Of a DNA stretch of 64,000 bases, positions 17,697-31,157 are shown piece after piece. Source of the stretch: Eledone cirrhosa (lineage: Eukaryota); contig OZ024750.1 in NCBI GenBank assembly GCA_964016885.1, positions 46,252,001 to 46,316,000 on the forward strand, written 5' to 3'. Every line of letters starts with the position of its first letter. The first letter of the stretch is position 1. The notes under the pieces were generated by a model. It searched no databases, was not told the origin of the DNA, and worked only from the letters and a program-made list of their open reading frames with translations. The position numbers were made by a program, and so were the translations under genes.

Positions 17697-18011
17697 ATAC
17701 ACTTCTCCTCAGGTATTCGCCGGGTTTACGTTCCTAGAGCACCCGCAAAAAGGGAAAAACCGCGAATATTGGATGTAGTTTATAAAAATGTCTAAAACAG
17801 TCAAAACAACTTAAAATATAGGCCGGTAAATACAAATAATTTAGCCTTTAAAAATTGTGAAAAAATATATATTGCCACGAACAAAAAACGTTAAAAAATC
17901 GCAGAAGATGTTTACGATTCCGCGAATATGCGGTGGTTTCTACGAACAAGAAAATTCCCCGAATAACCAGGATCGTGATGCTGGGATCGCAAATGTTGGG
18001 TATACACTGTA
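17697..18011. mobile_element. Degenerate Tigger/pogo-like MITE
   Basis: TA-flanked weak terminal inverted repeats and internal CGCGAATA repeats. Confidence 0.4.
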
Positions 18012-18341
18012 TACATAAAAATCAAATTGTTATTATTTTCGACGATTTTTAGAAATAAGCGGGAGATAAACATAGGTGTAATATGACGAGTTAGCTCCCT
18101 TGAAAATAGTTATAATATTTATTTTGGTTTGTAACAGTGCAACTTGAAAAAAATAAATAAATACAAGAATAATTAAATAAATGAATAATTAAACCAATAA
18201 ATAGATAAACAGATAAATAAATAAGTTTAGATTTCTGAGAATGGCGTTCTTCAGAGCCATGCTGTTTATTTTTTCTCTCTAGAGAAGGGGTCGCACTTGA
18301 TGGATACGGCCATCATATATGATAATTAGTTGAGACTAGAC

Positions 18342-19228
18342 CAGGGGCGTACAACAGGCGGACTGCGGGCCACAACCCGGCCCGCCAGACCAGTCAGAGT
18401 GACTCGCGATGACCGTTTTTAATTTTGACATTGTAGACTTATTTAGAAAATTTTTCGTAACCGTAATACAATGTTCTGTTAGTTGACTCCCAGTTCCATG
18501 TTATGGAAAGATGTTGTAGTGAATCTTTGGAATAGTGCTTAATAAATATTAATTGTTTCTACTTTAGGCACAAGGCCAGCATTACTCAGTGCATTACTGG
18601 TACTTTAGTGCTTAATAAATATTAATGGCCCTAATAGTTCTTCTGATAGGGTTATGTGAATTATAATTTTTCGGTTCCATGTAAAGGAAAGGAGTTGTGC
18701 AGAATCTTTGGAATAGTGTTAAATAAATATGAATGGCCCTAATAGTTCTTCTGATAGGGTTATGTGTGTTATAATTTCCCAGTTCCATGTTATAAGAAAG
18801 AAGTTGTGGTGAATCTTTGGAATAGTGCTTAATAAATATTAATGGCTCTAATAGTTCTTCTGATAGGGTTATGTGAATTATAATTTTTCGGTTCCATGTA
18901 AAGGAAAGAAGTTGTGGTGAATCTTTGGAATAGTGCTTAATCAATATGAATGGCCCTAATAGAGTTTCTGATAGGGTTATGTGTGTTATAATTTCCCAGT
19001 TCCATGTTATAAGAAAGAAGTTGTGAATCTTTGGAATAGTGCTTAACAAATATTAATGGCCCTAATAGAGTTTCTGATAGGGTTATGTGAGTTATACTTT
19101 CCCAGTTTCAGGTTATGGAAAGAAATTGTGTTGAATTTTTGGAATAGTGCTTAATAAATATTAATGGCCCTAATAGTTGCTCCAATGTTCAAAAGTGGCA
19201 CGCCAATGGAATATGTTGCACACCTTTG
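18342..19228. mobile_element. Non-autonomous hAT element with internal ~119-bp tandem repeat
   Basis: Exact 8-bp TSD GACTAGAC (18334-18341, 19229-19236); imperfect TIRs CAGGGGCGTACAAC / GTTGCACACCTTTG. Confidence 0.85.
18554..18606 (-). mobile_element. 5'-truncated SINE 3' end nested in the hAT element
   Basis: SINE tail flanked by duplicated AGTGCTTAATAAATATTAAT (~20-bp TSD). Confidence 0.75.
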
Positions 19229-19284
19229 GACTAGACCCACCGTGAGCCGTTACATAAGTGTGTTTGTACGTGTGAAGGACAGTA

Positions 19285-19580
19285 GCTTTGTGGATAGGGT
19301 GTTCGGTTCAAAATTGTAAGGTTACAGGATCGATTTCCGGCGTTGCATTGTGTCCTTGAGCAAGAGACTCTATTTTACAAGCTTCCAGTCCACCCTGTTT
19401 AAAAAAGTATTCTGTAGCTGTAAATCAAGGGACAACCTACACAAAATTAGTGTCTCGCTGAATCTCGCGTTAAGTGTAAACCCGTGTGCGGAATGCTCAG
19501 TCACTTGCACGTTAATTTAGACGAGCAAGTTCTGTTGTTCAAATGAGTGCTATGCTCAACGCTGGTCCACTACATGAACA
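19285..19580 (+). mobile_element. Decayed tRNA-derived SINE, second family
   Basis: GGATCGATTTCC B-box remnant and TGTCCTTGAGCAAG core. Confidence 0.6.
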
Positions 19581-19725
19581 GTGTGTGTGTGGGTGTGTCA
19601 GTGTTAGTGTGTGGTTTGGTATGTATATATGTGTGTTTGCGTGTGTGTCTTTGTTTGTGTGTGTGTATATGTGTTTGTGTTTGAGTGTGAGCGCGTGTGT
19701 AAGAGAGAGTGAGAGAGAGAGAGAA

Positions 19726-19789
<64 letters not shown>

Positions 19790-20304
19790 TGTGTGTGTGT
19801 GTGTGTTTATCTGTATTCATTTGCTTGTTGTGAGTGTTTCCGTGTGTGTGTGTGTATGTGAGTCTATGTGTGTGACCATGTCTGTGTGTGCGAGTGTATG
19901 TGTATTTGAGCCTATGTGTGTGACCGTGTCTCTATGTGCAAGTATATGTGTGACCGTGTCTCTGTGTGTATGTGTGTCTTTGTATGTGTGTGGGTCTGTG
20001 CGTCATATAACAACAACTTTAAGCGCTTGGCTATTTACTGAGATTATCGTGTGTGACCACACACACTCACATACACATACACGTGCACGAATAAATACAC
20101 ACACGCACACGTATGCGAGCACACACGTACATGCAGCCGATCACAGGAAATACAAGGTTTGAGGGCAACAAGGAAGGGGTCAAGTTCATTTGAGGTCGGC
20201 TGGAATATGTGTATGTGCATATGTACGAGTATATATATATATATATACTGTATGTATGTGTGTATGTGTATATGTGCATGTGTTAATGCAGCTGTTTAGT
20301 TACC

Positions 20305-23300
20305 TTCTTCTTCTTCTTCTTCTTCTTCTTCTTCTTCTTCTTCTTCTTCTTCTTCTTCTTCTTCTTCTTCTTCTTCTTCTTCGTCCACTTATTCCCGAGA
20401 GAGTCGTTGGGGGAAGAATCCTCAAACACTTCCCCCAGCCCCCAGCTGATCCCGTCATAGGCAACCGTCTCCAGATTATCCGGCTAGATCCTAAAGTGTG
20501 TCCAGCCAAGTTCATGGCTGCTATCCAACCACCTTACTTGAGGTCTATCCCTGGGTCTCTTGCCGGTTAGTTTTTCCTGCAAAATCTGTCCACCGATTCC
20601 TTCCTGAGACATTCTAACCACATGCCCATAGTATCGGAGCTTTGATCTCTCAATTCAGAGAAGTAGCGACTCTACCTGGAGTAACTCTCTCATCTCCAAG
20701 CTACAAATCTGTCCACCGATTCCTTCCTCAGACATTTTAACCACATGCCCATAGTATCGGAGCTATGATCTCTCAATTCAGAGAAGTAGCGACTCTACCT
20801 GGAGTGACTCTCTCATCTCCAAGCTACAAATCTCTCCACCGATTCCTTCCTGAGACATTCTAACCACATGCCCATAGTATCGGAGCTGTGATCTCTCAAT
20901 TCGGAGAAGTAGCGACTCTACCTGGAGTGACTCTCTCATCTCCAAGCTACAAATCTCTCCACCGATTCCTTCCTGAGACATTCTAACCACATGCCCATAG
21001 TATCGGAGCTGTGATCTCTCAATTCGGAGAAGTAGCGACTCTACCTGGAGTGACTCTCTCATCTCCAAGCTACAAATCTCTCCACCGATTCCTTCCTGAG
21101 ACATTCTAACTACATGCCCATAGTTTTGGAGCTGTGATCTCTCAATTCGGAGAAGTAGCGTCTCTACCTGGAGTAACTCTCTCATCTCCAAGCTACAAAT
21201 CTGTCCACCGATTCCTTCCTGAGACATTCTAACCACATGCCCATAGTATCGGAGCTTTGATCTCTCAATTCAGAGAAGTAGCGACTCTACCTGGAGTAAC
21301 TCTCTCATCTCCAAGCTACAAATCTGTCCACCGATTCCTTCCTCAGACATTCTAACCACATGCCCATAGTATCGGAGCTTTGATCTCTCAATTCAGAGAA
21401 GTAGCGACTCTACCTGGAGTAACTCTCTCATCTCCAAGCTACAAATCTGTCCACCGATTCCTTCCTCAGACATTTTAACCACATGCCCATAGTATCGGAG
21501 CTTTGATCTCTCAATTCAGAGAAGTAGCGACTCTACCTGGAGTAACTCTCTCATCTCCAAGCTACAAATCTGTCCACCGATTCCTTCCTCAGACATTTTA
21601 ACCACATGCCCATAGTATCGGAGCTGTGATCTCTCAATTCGGAGAAGTAGCGTCTCTACCTGGAGTGACTCTCTCATCTCCAAGCTACAAATCTCTCCAC
21701 CGATTCCTTCCCGAGACATTCTAACCACATACCCATAGTATCGGAGCTGTGATCTCTCAATTCAGAGAAGTAGCGACTCTACCTGGAGTAACTCTCTCAT
21801 CTCCAAGCTACAAATCTCTCCACCGATTCCTTCCCGAGACATTCTAACCACATACCCATAGTATCGGAGCTGTGATCTCTCAATTCAGAGAAGTAGCGAC
21901 TCTACCTGGAGTAACTCTCTCATCTCCAAGCTACAAATCTCTCCACCGATTCCTTCCTGAGACATTCTAACCACATGCCCATAGTATCGGAGCTTTGATC
22001 TCTCAATTCAGAGAAGTAGCGACTCTACCTGGAGTAACTCTCTCATCTCCAAGCTACAAATCTGTCCACCGATTCCTTCCTCAGACATTTTAACCACATG
22101 CCCATAGTATCGGAGCTGTGATCTCTCAATTCGGAGAAGTAGCGTCTCTACCTGGAGTGACTCTCTCATCTCCAAGCTACAAATCTCTCCACCGATTCCT
22201 TCCCGAGACATTCTAACCACATGCCCATAGTATCGGAGCTGTGATCTCTCAATTCGGAGAAGTAGCGACTCTACCTGGAGTGACTCTCTCATCTCCAAGC
22301 TACAAATCTCTCCACCGATTCCTTCCTCAGACATTCTAACCACATACCCATAGTATCGGAGCTGTGATCTCTCAATTCGGAGAAGTAGCGTCTCTACCTG
22401 GAGTGACTCTCTCATCTCCAAGCTACAAATCTCTCCACCGATTCCTTCCTGAGACATTCTAACCACATGCCCATAGTATCGGAGCTGTGATCTCTCAATT
22501 CGGAGAAGTAGCGTCTCTACCTGGAGTGACTCTCTCATCTCCAAGCTACAAATCTCTCCACCGATTCCTTCCCGAGACATTCTAACCACATACCCATAGT
22601 ATCGGAGCTGTGATCTCTCAATTCAGAGAAGTAGCGACTCTACCTGGAGTAACTCTCTCATCTCCAAGCTACAAATCTCTCCACCGATTCCTTCCCGAGA
22701 CATTCTAACCACATACCCATAGTATCGGAGCTGTGATCTCTCAATTCAGAGAAGTAGCGACTCTACCTGGAGTGACTCTCTCATCTCCAAGCTACAAATC
22801 TGTCCACCGATTCCTTCCCGAGACATTCTAACCACATGCCCATAGTATCGGAGCTGTGATTTCTTAATTCAGAGAAGTAGCGACTCTACCTGGAGTGACT
22901 CTCTCATCTCCAAGCTACAAATATGTCCACCGATTCCTTCCTGAGACATTCTAACCACATGCCCATAGTATCGGAGCTGTGATCTCTCAATTCGGAGAAG
23001 TAGCGACTCTACCTGGAGTGACTCTCTCATCTCCAAGCTACAAATCTCTCCACCGATTCCTTCCTGAGACATTCTAATCACATGCCCATAGTATCGGAGC
23101 TGTGATCTCTCAATTCGGAGAAGTAGCGACTCTACCTGGAGTGACTCTCTCATCTCCAAGCTACAAATCTCTCCACCGATTCCTTCCTGAGACATTCTAA
23201 CTACATGCCCATAGTTTTGGAGCTGTGATCTCTCAATTCGGAGAAGTAGCGTCTCTACCTGGAGTGACTCTCTCATCTCCAAGCTACAAATCTCTCCACC

Positions 23301-24520
23301 GATTCCTTCCTGAGACATTCTAACCACATGCCCATAGTATCGGAGCTTTGATCTCTCAATTCAGAGAAGTAGCGACTCTACCTGGAGTAACTCTCTCATC
23401 TCCAAGCTACAAATCTGTCCACCGATTCCTTCCTCAGACATTTTAACCACATGCCCATAGTATCGGAGCTTTGATCTCTCAATTCAGAGAAGTAGCGACT
23501 CTACCTGGAGTGACTCTCTCATCTCCAAGCTACAAATCTCTCCACCGATTCCTTCCTGAGACATTCTAACCACATGCCCATAGTATCGGAGCTGTGATCT
23601 CTCAATTCGGAGAAGTAGCGTCTCTACCTGGAGTGACTCTCTCATCTCCAAGCTACAAATCTCTCCACCGATTCCTTCCTGAGACATTCTAACCACATGC
23701 CCATAGTATCGGAGCTGTGATCTCTCAATTCAGAGAAGTAGCGACTCTACCTGGAGTGACTCTCTCATCTCCAAGCTACAAATCTCTCCACCGATTCCTT
23801 CCTGAGACATTCTAACCACATGCCCATAGTATCGGAGCTGTGATCTCTCAATTCGGAGAAGTAGCGTCTCTACCTGGAGTGACTCTCTCATCTCCAAGCT
23901 ACAAATCTCTCCACCGATTCCTTCCCGAGACATTCTAACCACATACCCATAGTATCGGAGCTGTGATCTCTCAATTCAGAGAAGTAGCGACTCTACCTGG
24001 AGTGACTCTCTCATCTCCAAGCTACAAATCTCTCCACCGATTCCTTCCCGAGACATTCTAACCACATACCCATAGTATCGGAGCTGTGATTTCTCAATTC
24101 AGAGAAGTAGCGACTCTACCTGGAGTAACTCTCTCATCTCCAAGCTACAAATCTCTCCACCGATTCCTTCCCGAGACATTCTAATCACATGCCCATAGTA
24201 TCGGAGCTGTGATTTCTCAATTCGGAGAAGTAGCGACTCTACCTGGAGTGACTCTCTCATCTCCAAGCTACAAATCTGTCCACTGATTCCTTCTCGAGAC
24301 ATTCTAACCACATGCCCATAGTATCGGAGCTGTGATCTCTCAATTCGGAGAGGTAGCGACTCCATCTGGAGTGATTCCCTCATCTCCAAGCTACGCATTT
24401 TATTGAGTAACGTTACTCCAACGACATTTACATCATTTCTTTTATTCCGAGTTCAATTCTAGCCTGTGTTCTCTCTATATCTACAAATGTACCAATTTTG
24501 TCAAGTGGTTGTTATTATGG
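20305..24520 (-). mobile_element. 3' fragment of an RTE-clade LINE with (GAA)n tail, internally amplified
   Basis: Translation RSQLRYYGHVVRM...GRPQVRWLD matches the RTE C-terminal LRWxGHVxRM / GRPxxRWxD motifs; (GAA)n tail at 20305-20381. Confidence 0.8.
20585..24395 (-). repeat. 123-bp (41-codon) tandem repeat, ~31 copies
   Basis: Marker CACCGATTCC at 20591, 20714 ... 24281 (variant), i.e. exactly 30 x 123. Confidence 0.97.
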
Positions 24521-24663
24521 ACTCGCACCGACACAAAACCTCTGACTGAATGCATTGCATTGAATGTAGCTAATTGTAAGCCAGTCATATGGACTCCATC
24601 TTTAATTCAAAGATACAGCCTTGTCTCATGCTCTGGTTCGCTGATTTTGATGTCGTACTTTAA

Positions 24664-24877
24664 CCTTTAGCATTTAAACCGGTCGTATCCGGCCAGAATT
24701 CTCTCACCTCTTTCTGTCCAAACCAGCTGTAACTGGCCACTCATACTGACGTTAAGATATTGCTCTATGAATACATAAATATCAAAATCTTATTGATTAT
24801 GAGAGGTATTTATGTGAGTTAAAGCCTTTACTGTGAAAAAATAATAGTAAATAAAGAGTAAAGTAAATGCTAAAGGA
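24664..24877. mobile_element. piggyBac-like MITE (second copy 26317-26530)
   Basis: TTAA flanks and TIR CCTTTAGCATTTA / TAAATGCTAAAGG. Confidence 0.65.
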
Positions 24878-25237
24878 TTAAGTTTATAATTAACGAAACA
24901 TCCATATGTTCGAACAACTGAATATTCATCGTCGAACCAGACGGAAGATCCATTATTTAAACTTTGCATCAACGGAATATTATATTCTACATTGTGTGAT
25001 TACCAAATGTGTTTCTTGTTTCACGATTTTATCCTTTTCCTTATTATCTCTCCTCAAAGGAAATAAGGACATGACTTCTAACAGTTCAACAGGTTTACAG
25101 AGACTTGTATGTAAGAAGCCACACATTTGAAGCGCGAGTATTGGTTTAAATACTAGCAACAAAATAGACCCTTCTAAAGGACTGCTATTTGGGTCTAGAC
25201 CAAGCGGTTGATTAAATAAATATTAGATCAAATACGT

Positions 25238-26055
25238 ATTGGTAGAGCGTCAGTCACCATGCGTTATAACATCAATTTATGGCCCTTTACGTTCTGAGTT
25301 AAAGTCCCGCCGAGGTTAGCTTTGCCTTTCATTCTTACGGGATCGATAAAGCACCAATAATGCACTGGGGTTGATTTGATCGATCTCTCTTCCCCCAAAT
25401 TGATGGGCCTGTGCCAAAAGTAGAAACCATTATACAATATACGTTACACTACTTAACCTGTTTCGGTGAATTGGCCGTATCGGTAGAAAGTCGGTCGCCT
25501 TGCTTTGACGCATAGAGTTACGGCCCCTGCCATTCTGAGTTCAAATCCCGCCGAGGTTAACTTTGCCTTTCGTCCTTACGGGGTCGATAAAATAAAGTAC
25601 CAGTAATATACTGGGTATTTACTGGCCTTGTGCCAATTGTAGAAACAATTAATTAAATATTGGATTGGCCGTATCGGTAGAGGGTCGGACGCCATGCTTT
25701 GCAGCAAAGAGTTACGGCCCTTTATGGTCTGAATTCAAATCCCGCTGAGGTTAACTTTGCCTTTCATCCTTACGGGGTCGATAAAATAAAGTACCAGTAA
25801 TACACTAGGATAATTGCTGGCCTTGTGCCAAAAGTAGAAACAATTAATTAAACATTGTATGTAAGGGCGGTGTATTGGCAGTATCGGTAGAGTCCGACGC
25901 CATGCTTTGACGCATAGAGTTACGGCCCTTGCCATTCTTAGTTCAAATCCCGTTGAGGTTAACTTTGCCTTTCATCCTTACGGAGTCGATAAAATAAAGT
26001 ACCAGTAATGCACTGGGGTAATTTCTGGCCTTGTGCCAAAAGTAGAAACAATTAT
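25238..26055 (+). mobile_element. Four tandem SINE copies
   Basis: Four repeats of the SINE core at ~200-bp spacing. Confidence 0.85.
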
Positions 26056-26559
26056 TTAAACATTGTATTAAATGCAGTCATTAACCCTTAATATCCTGTC
26101 AGGAATAAGCAGAAAATTTCTGTAAACAAGTTTGTTAATCCAAATGTTTATAGTATCTTTAATAAGAGAATGATCGAAGTATAAATTTGCAGTTGTAAGG
26201 TAAAGACATTAATTTCTAGCACGATGTAGTCGTGGGGCTGCTTTATATGGACTCCATCTTTAATTCAAAGATACAGCCTTGTCTCATGCTCTGGTTCGCT
26301 GATTTTGATGTCGGAACCCTTTAGCATTTAAACCGGTCGTATCCGGCCAGAATTCTCTCACCTCTTTCTGTTCAAACCAGCTGTAACTGGCCACTCATAC
26401 TGACGTTAAGAGATTGCTCTAAGAATACATAAATATCAAAATCTTATTGTTTATGGGAGGTATTTATGTGAGTTAAAGCCTTACTGTGAAAATATAATAG
26501 TAAATAAAGAGTAAAGTAAATGCTAAAGGATTAAGTTTATAAATAACGAAACATCCATG

Positions 26560-27171
26560 ATGTCTACTATAGGCACAAAGCCAACAATATGGAAAGATAG
26601 GAAAGGTAATTAAATCGACAGCAGTTCATTACTGGTACTTTATTTTATCAACCCTGTAAGGATGAAAGGCAAAGTTAACTTCGGTGGGATTTGATTTCAA
26701 AACACGAAGGGCCGTAATTCTATGACGCAAAGTCAATTGTCAATAGTCCAACGCTCTACATTTCTTTTCAATAATTGTTTCTACTTTTGGCACAAGGGCA
26801 GCAATTATCCAGTGTATTATTGGTACTTTATTTTATCGACCCCGTAAGGATGAAAGGCAAAGTTAACCTTGGCGGGATTTGAACTCAGAATGGCAAGGGC
26901 CGTAACTCTATGCGTCAAAGTATTGCGTCCGACCCTCTACCGATACTGCCAATACACCGCCCTCCACATTTCTTTTCAATAATTGTTTCTACTTTTGGCA
27001 CAAGGCCAGCAATCACCAGTGCATTACTGGTACTTTATTTTATCGACCCCGTAAGGATGAAAGGCAAAGTTTACCTCGGTGTGATTTGAACTCAGACCAT
27101 AAAGGGCCGTAACTCTTTGCTGCAAAGCATGGCGTCCGACCCTCTACCGATCCTGCCAATCCACCGCCCTC
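26560..27171 (-). mobile_element. Three tandem SINE copies
   Basis: Reverse-complement SINE cores. Confidence 0.85.
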
Positions 27172-28074
27172 CACATTTCTTTTCAATAATGCCACGTTAA
27201 TGAGGTTTTATGCGGTGCAGGACTTTAAAGGTTAATTATTGCTAGTGTGTTAAATGTATCAAATTGGTTTCGTGGAGGTTGCCATGGCTGGAAGGTTAAT
27301 CTGATGATAATATTGAGGTTTCTGGTTCAATCTCACTACATTGCGTGTTAATTTGGGCAAGCCTAAGGTCTAGCTAACATATGGGAGTAGAATTTAAATC
27401 GAGGTTAATGACACAGTTCAGTATAAAGGGATCGATAAAATAAGTATTGAACTTAAAAAAATAAATACTTAGTTTATATGAACTACTACTCAATATATTG
27501 TAGGTAGTGGTGCCCAGTACACGATTTAAAAAAAAAAATAATATATTCAAATATGAAACTTTCAAGGGAAATAACTCTTGCAAAATATTAAGGGAGAGAA
27601 CTACCTATTTACATTCCTTTCAGCATAAAATGTATTTGTAACGCTTTAGTCATCTCATCGAATATACTTATGATGAAAAACGTTCCAGTCACGACCATTC
27701 CGGCTTTTGGCTCTGGCATGCGATACTTATGATTAAATAATCTTATGTATCATTCCTTGCCTGAATATATTTATCTGGTTGCTATTTCTCAGCAGTTTTA
27801 AGGACGTTATGTATACGCTCCCCCACGGAACGTAGTATTTTCTAATGGCAACCTTTCTATCTTAATATATATGCAGCTCATTGTATAAAGAAGATATAAA
27901 ATAAAATATATTTCCAACAGTTAATGTGTTCGCCGTACTATCCAGTCAATGTGAACAGAGGCTTGGTTTGGGAGATTTACTTCTTAAATTAACTGCCCTG
28001 AGATAAACATTTGTATTTCTACATAACCACCCGCGGACCCCCCCCCCCCATATATATATATATATATATATATA

Positions 28075-30485
28075 TTACTCTTTTACCTGTCCCAGCTATC
28101 CGGTTGAGGCCATGGTGGGATATTCTATCTCCAGCCTGTTTTGGTTGGCCCTTGGTGTAAGAGGGAGTTTGTTGCTGCTACCCTTAGGTTACATTCGTAC
28201 CATGCTGTGGGCTCATCCGGGATCCTGGATAGCAATATCTCCTCCTTATTCTAGATGTGGAAGACGGGATATTTGTAACCATACACCGATGTTCTGTTCG
28301 GTATATCCAGCTCTCAATGCCAAAGTTTGGTGCTAGTCCCTCCAAGATGTTCGATATATATAACACTGCGTATCTCTCCCGTCTTCGTTCCAAGGAGCAG
28401 AGTTTCAGTTCATTTAGCCTCTCCCAGTAGCTTATCTCATTCATCGTCGCAATCCTTTTGGTGTAGCTTCATTGGATTGCCTCAAGCTCCGTGGTTAATT
28501 TGATACTATAGGGAGACCACAGCTGGGAGAAGTAGTCCAGGCGCGGCTTAGGACAAATGTCCACTCTTATCCAGGAAAGTTCTCAAATCCAGCCAGCGAA
28601 TCGTCTGCACATTGTCGCCACCCTCATGATGTGTGAAGAAATGGTTGCATCGTCGCTCACGTCTATTCCCAGGTCTCGTATCGATTTCAATACGGGAATT
28701 TCGATTCCCCCTGGTGGTCCGGTGCAACTGTGTTGTATTGTATTTGTGTTTGCAGGTTGGTATTGTAGGGCTTGAAATTTTCCAGCATTAAACTGCATGT
28801 TGTTGTCCTCAGCCCATTTGCACAAGGCATCGAGAACTTGTAAAAGGGCAGCATCAGCCGGGTGTTTGATTGCCTGTGATACCTCTGTGTGAACAGCATA
28901 GCTAGTTAGGGATATTGTATGTACTCAGAGGATATGTCTGAGGGAGACACCAAATACACTCGTGGCCCCAAGACTGTGCCTTGGGTCACCCCACTTGTTA
29001 TTGATGTTTCCTTTGAGAGGGCTTCATTGACTGCAACTGTCTGGCTTCTGTCCTTTAAGAAACCATGCTGCCACTCAACTACTTTTCCAGTTATGTCGAG
29101 TCTGTGTAGTTTGTGACATATCATTCCGTGGTCGACCTTGTCAATTGCCTTCGCAAAGTCAAGATATATCATGTCCAGATGTGAGCTGTCTAGCTGTTGT
29201 TTCAGTACCCACTCATAGTGTTGTAGCAGCTGTATAAGGCAGCTTCTTCCTGGGCGAAATCCATGCTGCGTACTAGTTAAGCGGTCATTTTCCTTGAGGA
29301 ACGTGATAAGTTTTTTCTGATGATTCGCTCCATGAACTTGCTGATATGTGACGTCAGGGAGACAAATCTGTAGTTTTTGGCCTCCGCTCTGCTTCCTCCT
29401 TTATGGATAGGGCATATTGCGCCTTCTGATAGCTCTCAGGGTAGTTTACTGCTAGCCATAGAACTTCTGAGGAGGGTCGTCATTAGTCTTGCTAAGGCAC
29501 GTTTACATGTTTTAGGAGGATTGCTAGGAATCCATCAGGTCCAGCAGCTGAGTTTGCTCTAATTTCGTCTATGGCGGACACCACATCTTCCTCCGTTATA
29601 TCTATGTGGTTGATGGTCACCATTTCTTCGTGGAGTGTTGTGGCATCAAAGAAATCCTCTGCTTTTGTTATTTGCATGTGCCTCAATGGAGGTGTGAACA
29701 CACTTTTGTACTGTTCATTCAGTATTTCACTTATCCTTTGGGGATCCTCGGTTAATAAACGTCTAATCTTTATGGAAGAGTGGCCCAATCTTGCAGTGTA
29801 CCGAGGCAGTCTCTTTTGCAAATTTAAAGAAGGTCCTAGGGTTTGTTTTAATATTTTCTATGGCCCTGATTTCTCTCTCTGCCCTTTACTTTTCATGGGA
29901 AAATTTGAGTACAGTTTCAATTTCATGTAGGGAATGTTTCAGATAGGATTCCTTCTTGATTTCTTGTGCATTCAACTGTTTTGAGAGATTAGTTCTTCGT
30001 CTCATAGGGAATTTCTTGTCTCTGGGAATAAGATGTTTGTATCAGTTGGCCCTTTTCCCCGGGACAAATTTATGCCATATAGTTTGTATTGTTGTCATGA
30101 AGTGTCAAAAATGTGTGTTAGTGTCTTGTGTGGCGATGTTGTAACTCCAGTTTTGCTACCGGATCTCTTTCTTGATCTTTTTCCAGTTAGCCTTGTGAAA
30201 GTTAAGGCTGGATAAGTTCCCCGTGCTTCTTGATGGTTATGTATCTGTTGAATCTCTCGGACCACATATTAGTTCTACTAAGTTATGATCCGAGAAAATC
30301 GTTGGTGTCACATTTACATGGTGGATGAGCACTTCGTTGTTTGTAAAGTAGAGATCCAGGATATTCTCGCCTCTTGATCGATGGAATACTGATTGTTTCA
30401 TGAACAGCCTGTGTGTAAAGGCCAGCAGGGATTCCGTCCGTCTCTGTTCGAGTGATGTCATTCCAAAGAATTGCGCACAGGTCAA
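28075..30485 (-). mobile_element. Decayed CR1-group LINE (APE endonuclease end + RT), frameshifted
   Basis: RGENILDLYFTN..SDHNLV (APE), AAGPDG, YLDFAKAIDKVDH, GVTQGTVLGP, MQFNAGKFQ, SYWERLNELKLCSLERRRER across several frames. Confidence 0.9.
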
Positions 30486-30649
30486 ACGGGAAGAAGGAGG
30501 AGGAGGAGAGGTAGTAACAGAGAGTGAGTGAGTGAAGTGTGAGGAAGAGGCTAACAGAGAGAGTGACTGTTAGAGAGGGTAAACATACAGAGAAAGAGGA
30601 AGCAGTAAGAACGAAATAGACAAGTCACAGCGGGGGAAAAAAATATGTG

Positions 30650-30820
30650 TATTCAAATACCAGGATTAAAATTTTCATTTAGTCCAGAACTAGCCGTCGA
30701 AACAGTTTGAGCTCAGCCGTCGGGGTTCTACTTGTTCCTATTACCCACTCTACTACCCTAAGTTTTGAGTACTTCGGTGCGTTATGGTCCACCTGGTTCC
30801 TTACCACATTTCCTTCGTTA
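30650..30820 (+). mobile_element. PLE-type terminal remnant with the 3' half of an HHR (related to 47990-48144 and 62016-62120)
   Basis: GTC-GAAA-CAGTTTGAGCTCAGCCG-TC-GGGG, ending in (TA)n. Confidence 0.5.
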
Positions 30821-30853
30821 TATATATATATATCTATATATATATAATATATA

Positions 30854-30946
<93 letters not shown>

Positions 30947-30998
30947 CAGGAAAGAAGGTTTACATGGTTTGCTATACAAAAAAGTTTTTAATCACATA

Positions 30999-31104
30999 GC
31001 TTACATTTGTTTCACTGAACTGGTATGTCTAGAGATCGCTATCCGCTTAATTTTGCGTCACTCGATCGCCAATACAGAATTATAACCAGTCAGATCTTCG
31101 GAGC
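30999..31104 (-). ncRNA. Hammerhead family B (CCGAAGA core variant), inverted pLTR copy
   Basis: Reverse complement of 33812-33917. Confidence 0.6.
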
Positions 31105-31157
31105 ATGCGAGAATGAAGAAAATACACAGGCAAGAAAAGAAAAGAAAATACGGCAAC

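Noticed and set aside
20585-24395. CRISPR array or host repeat protein
   Set aside because: No unique spacers, frequent stops, clear RTE LINE origin.
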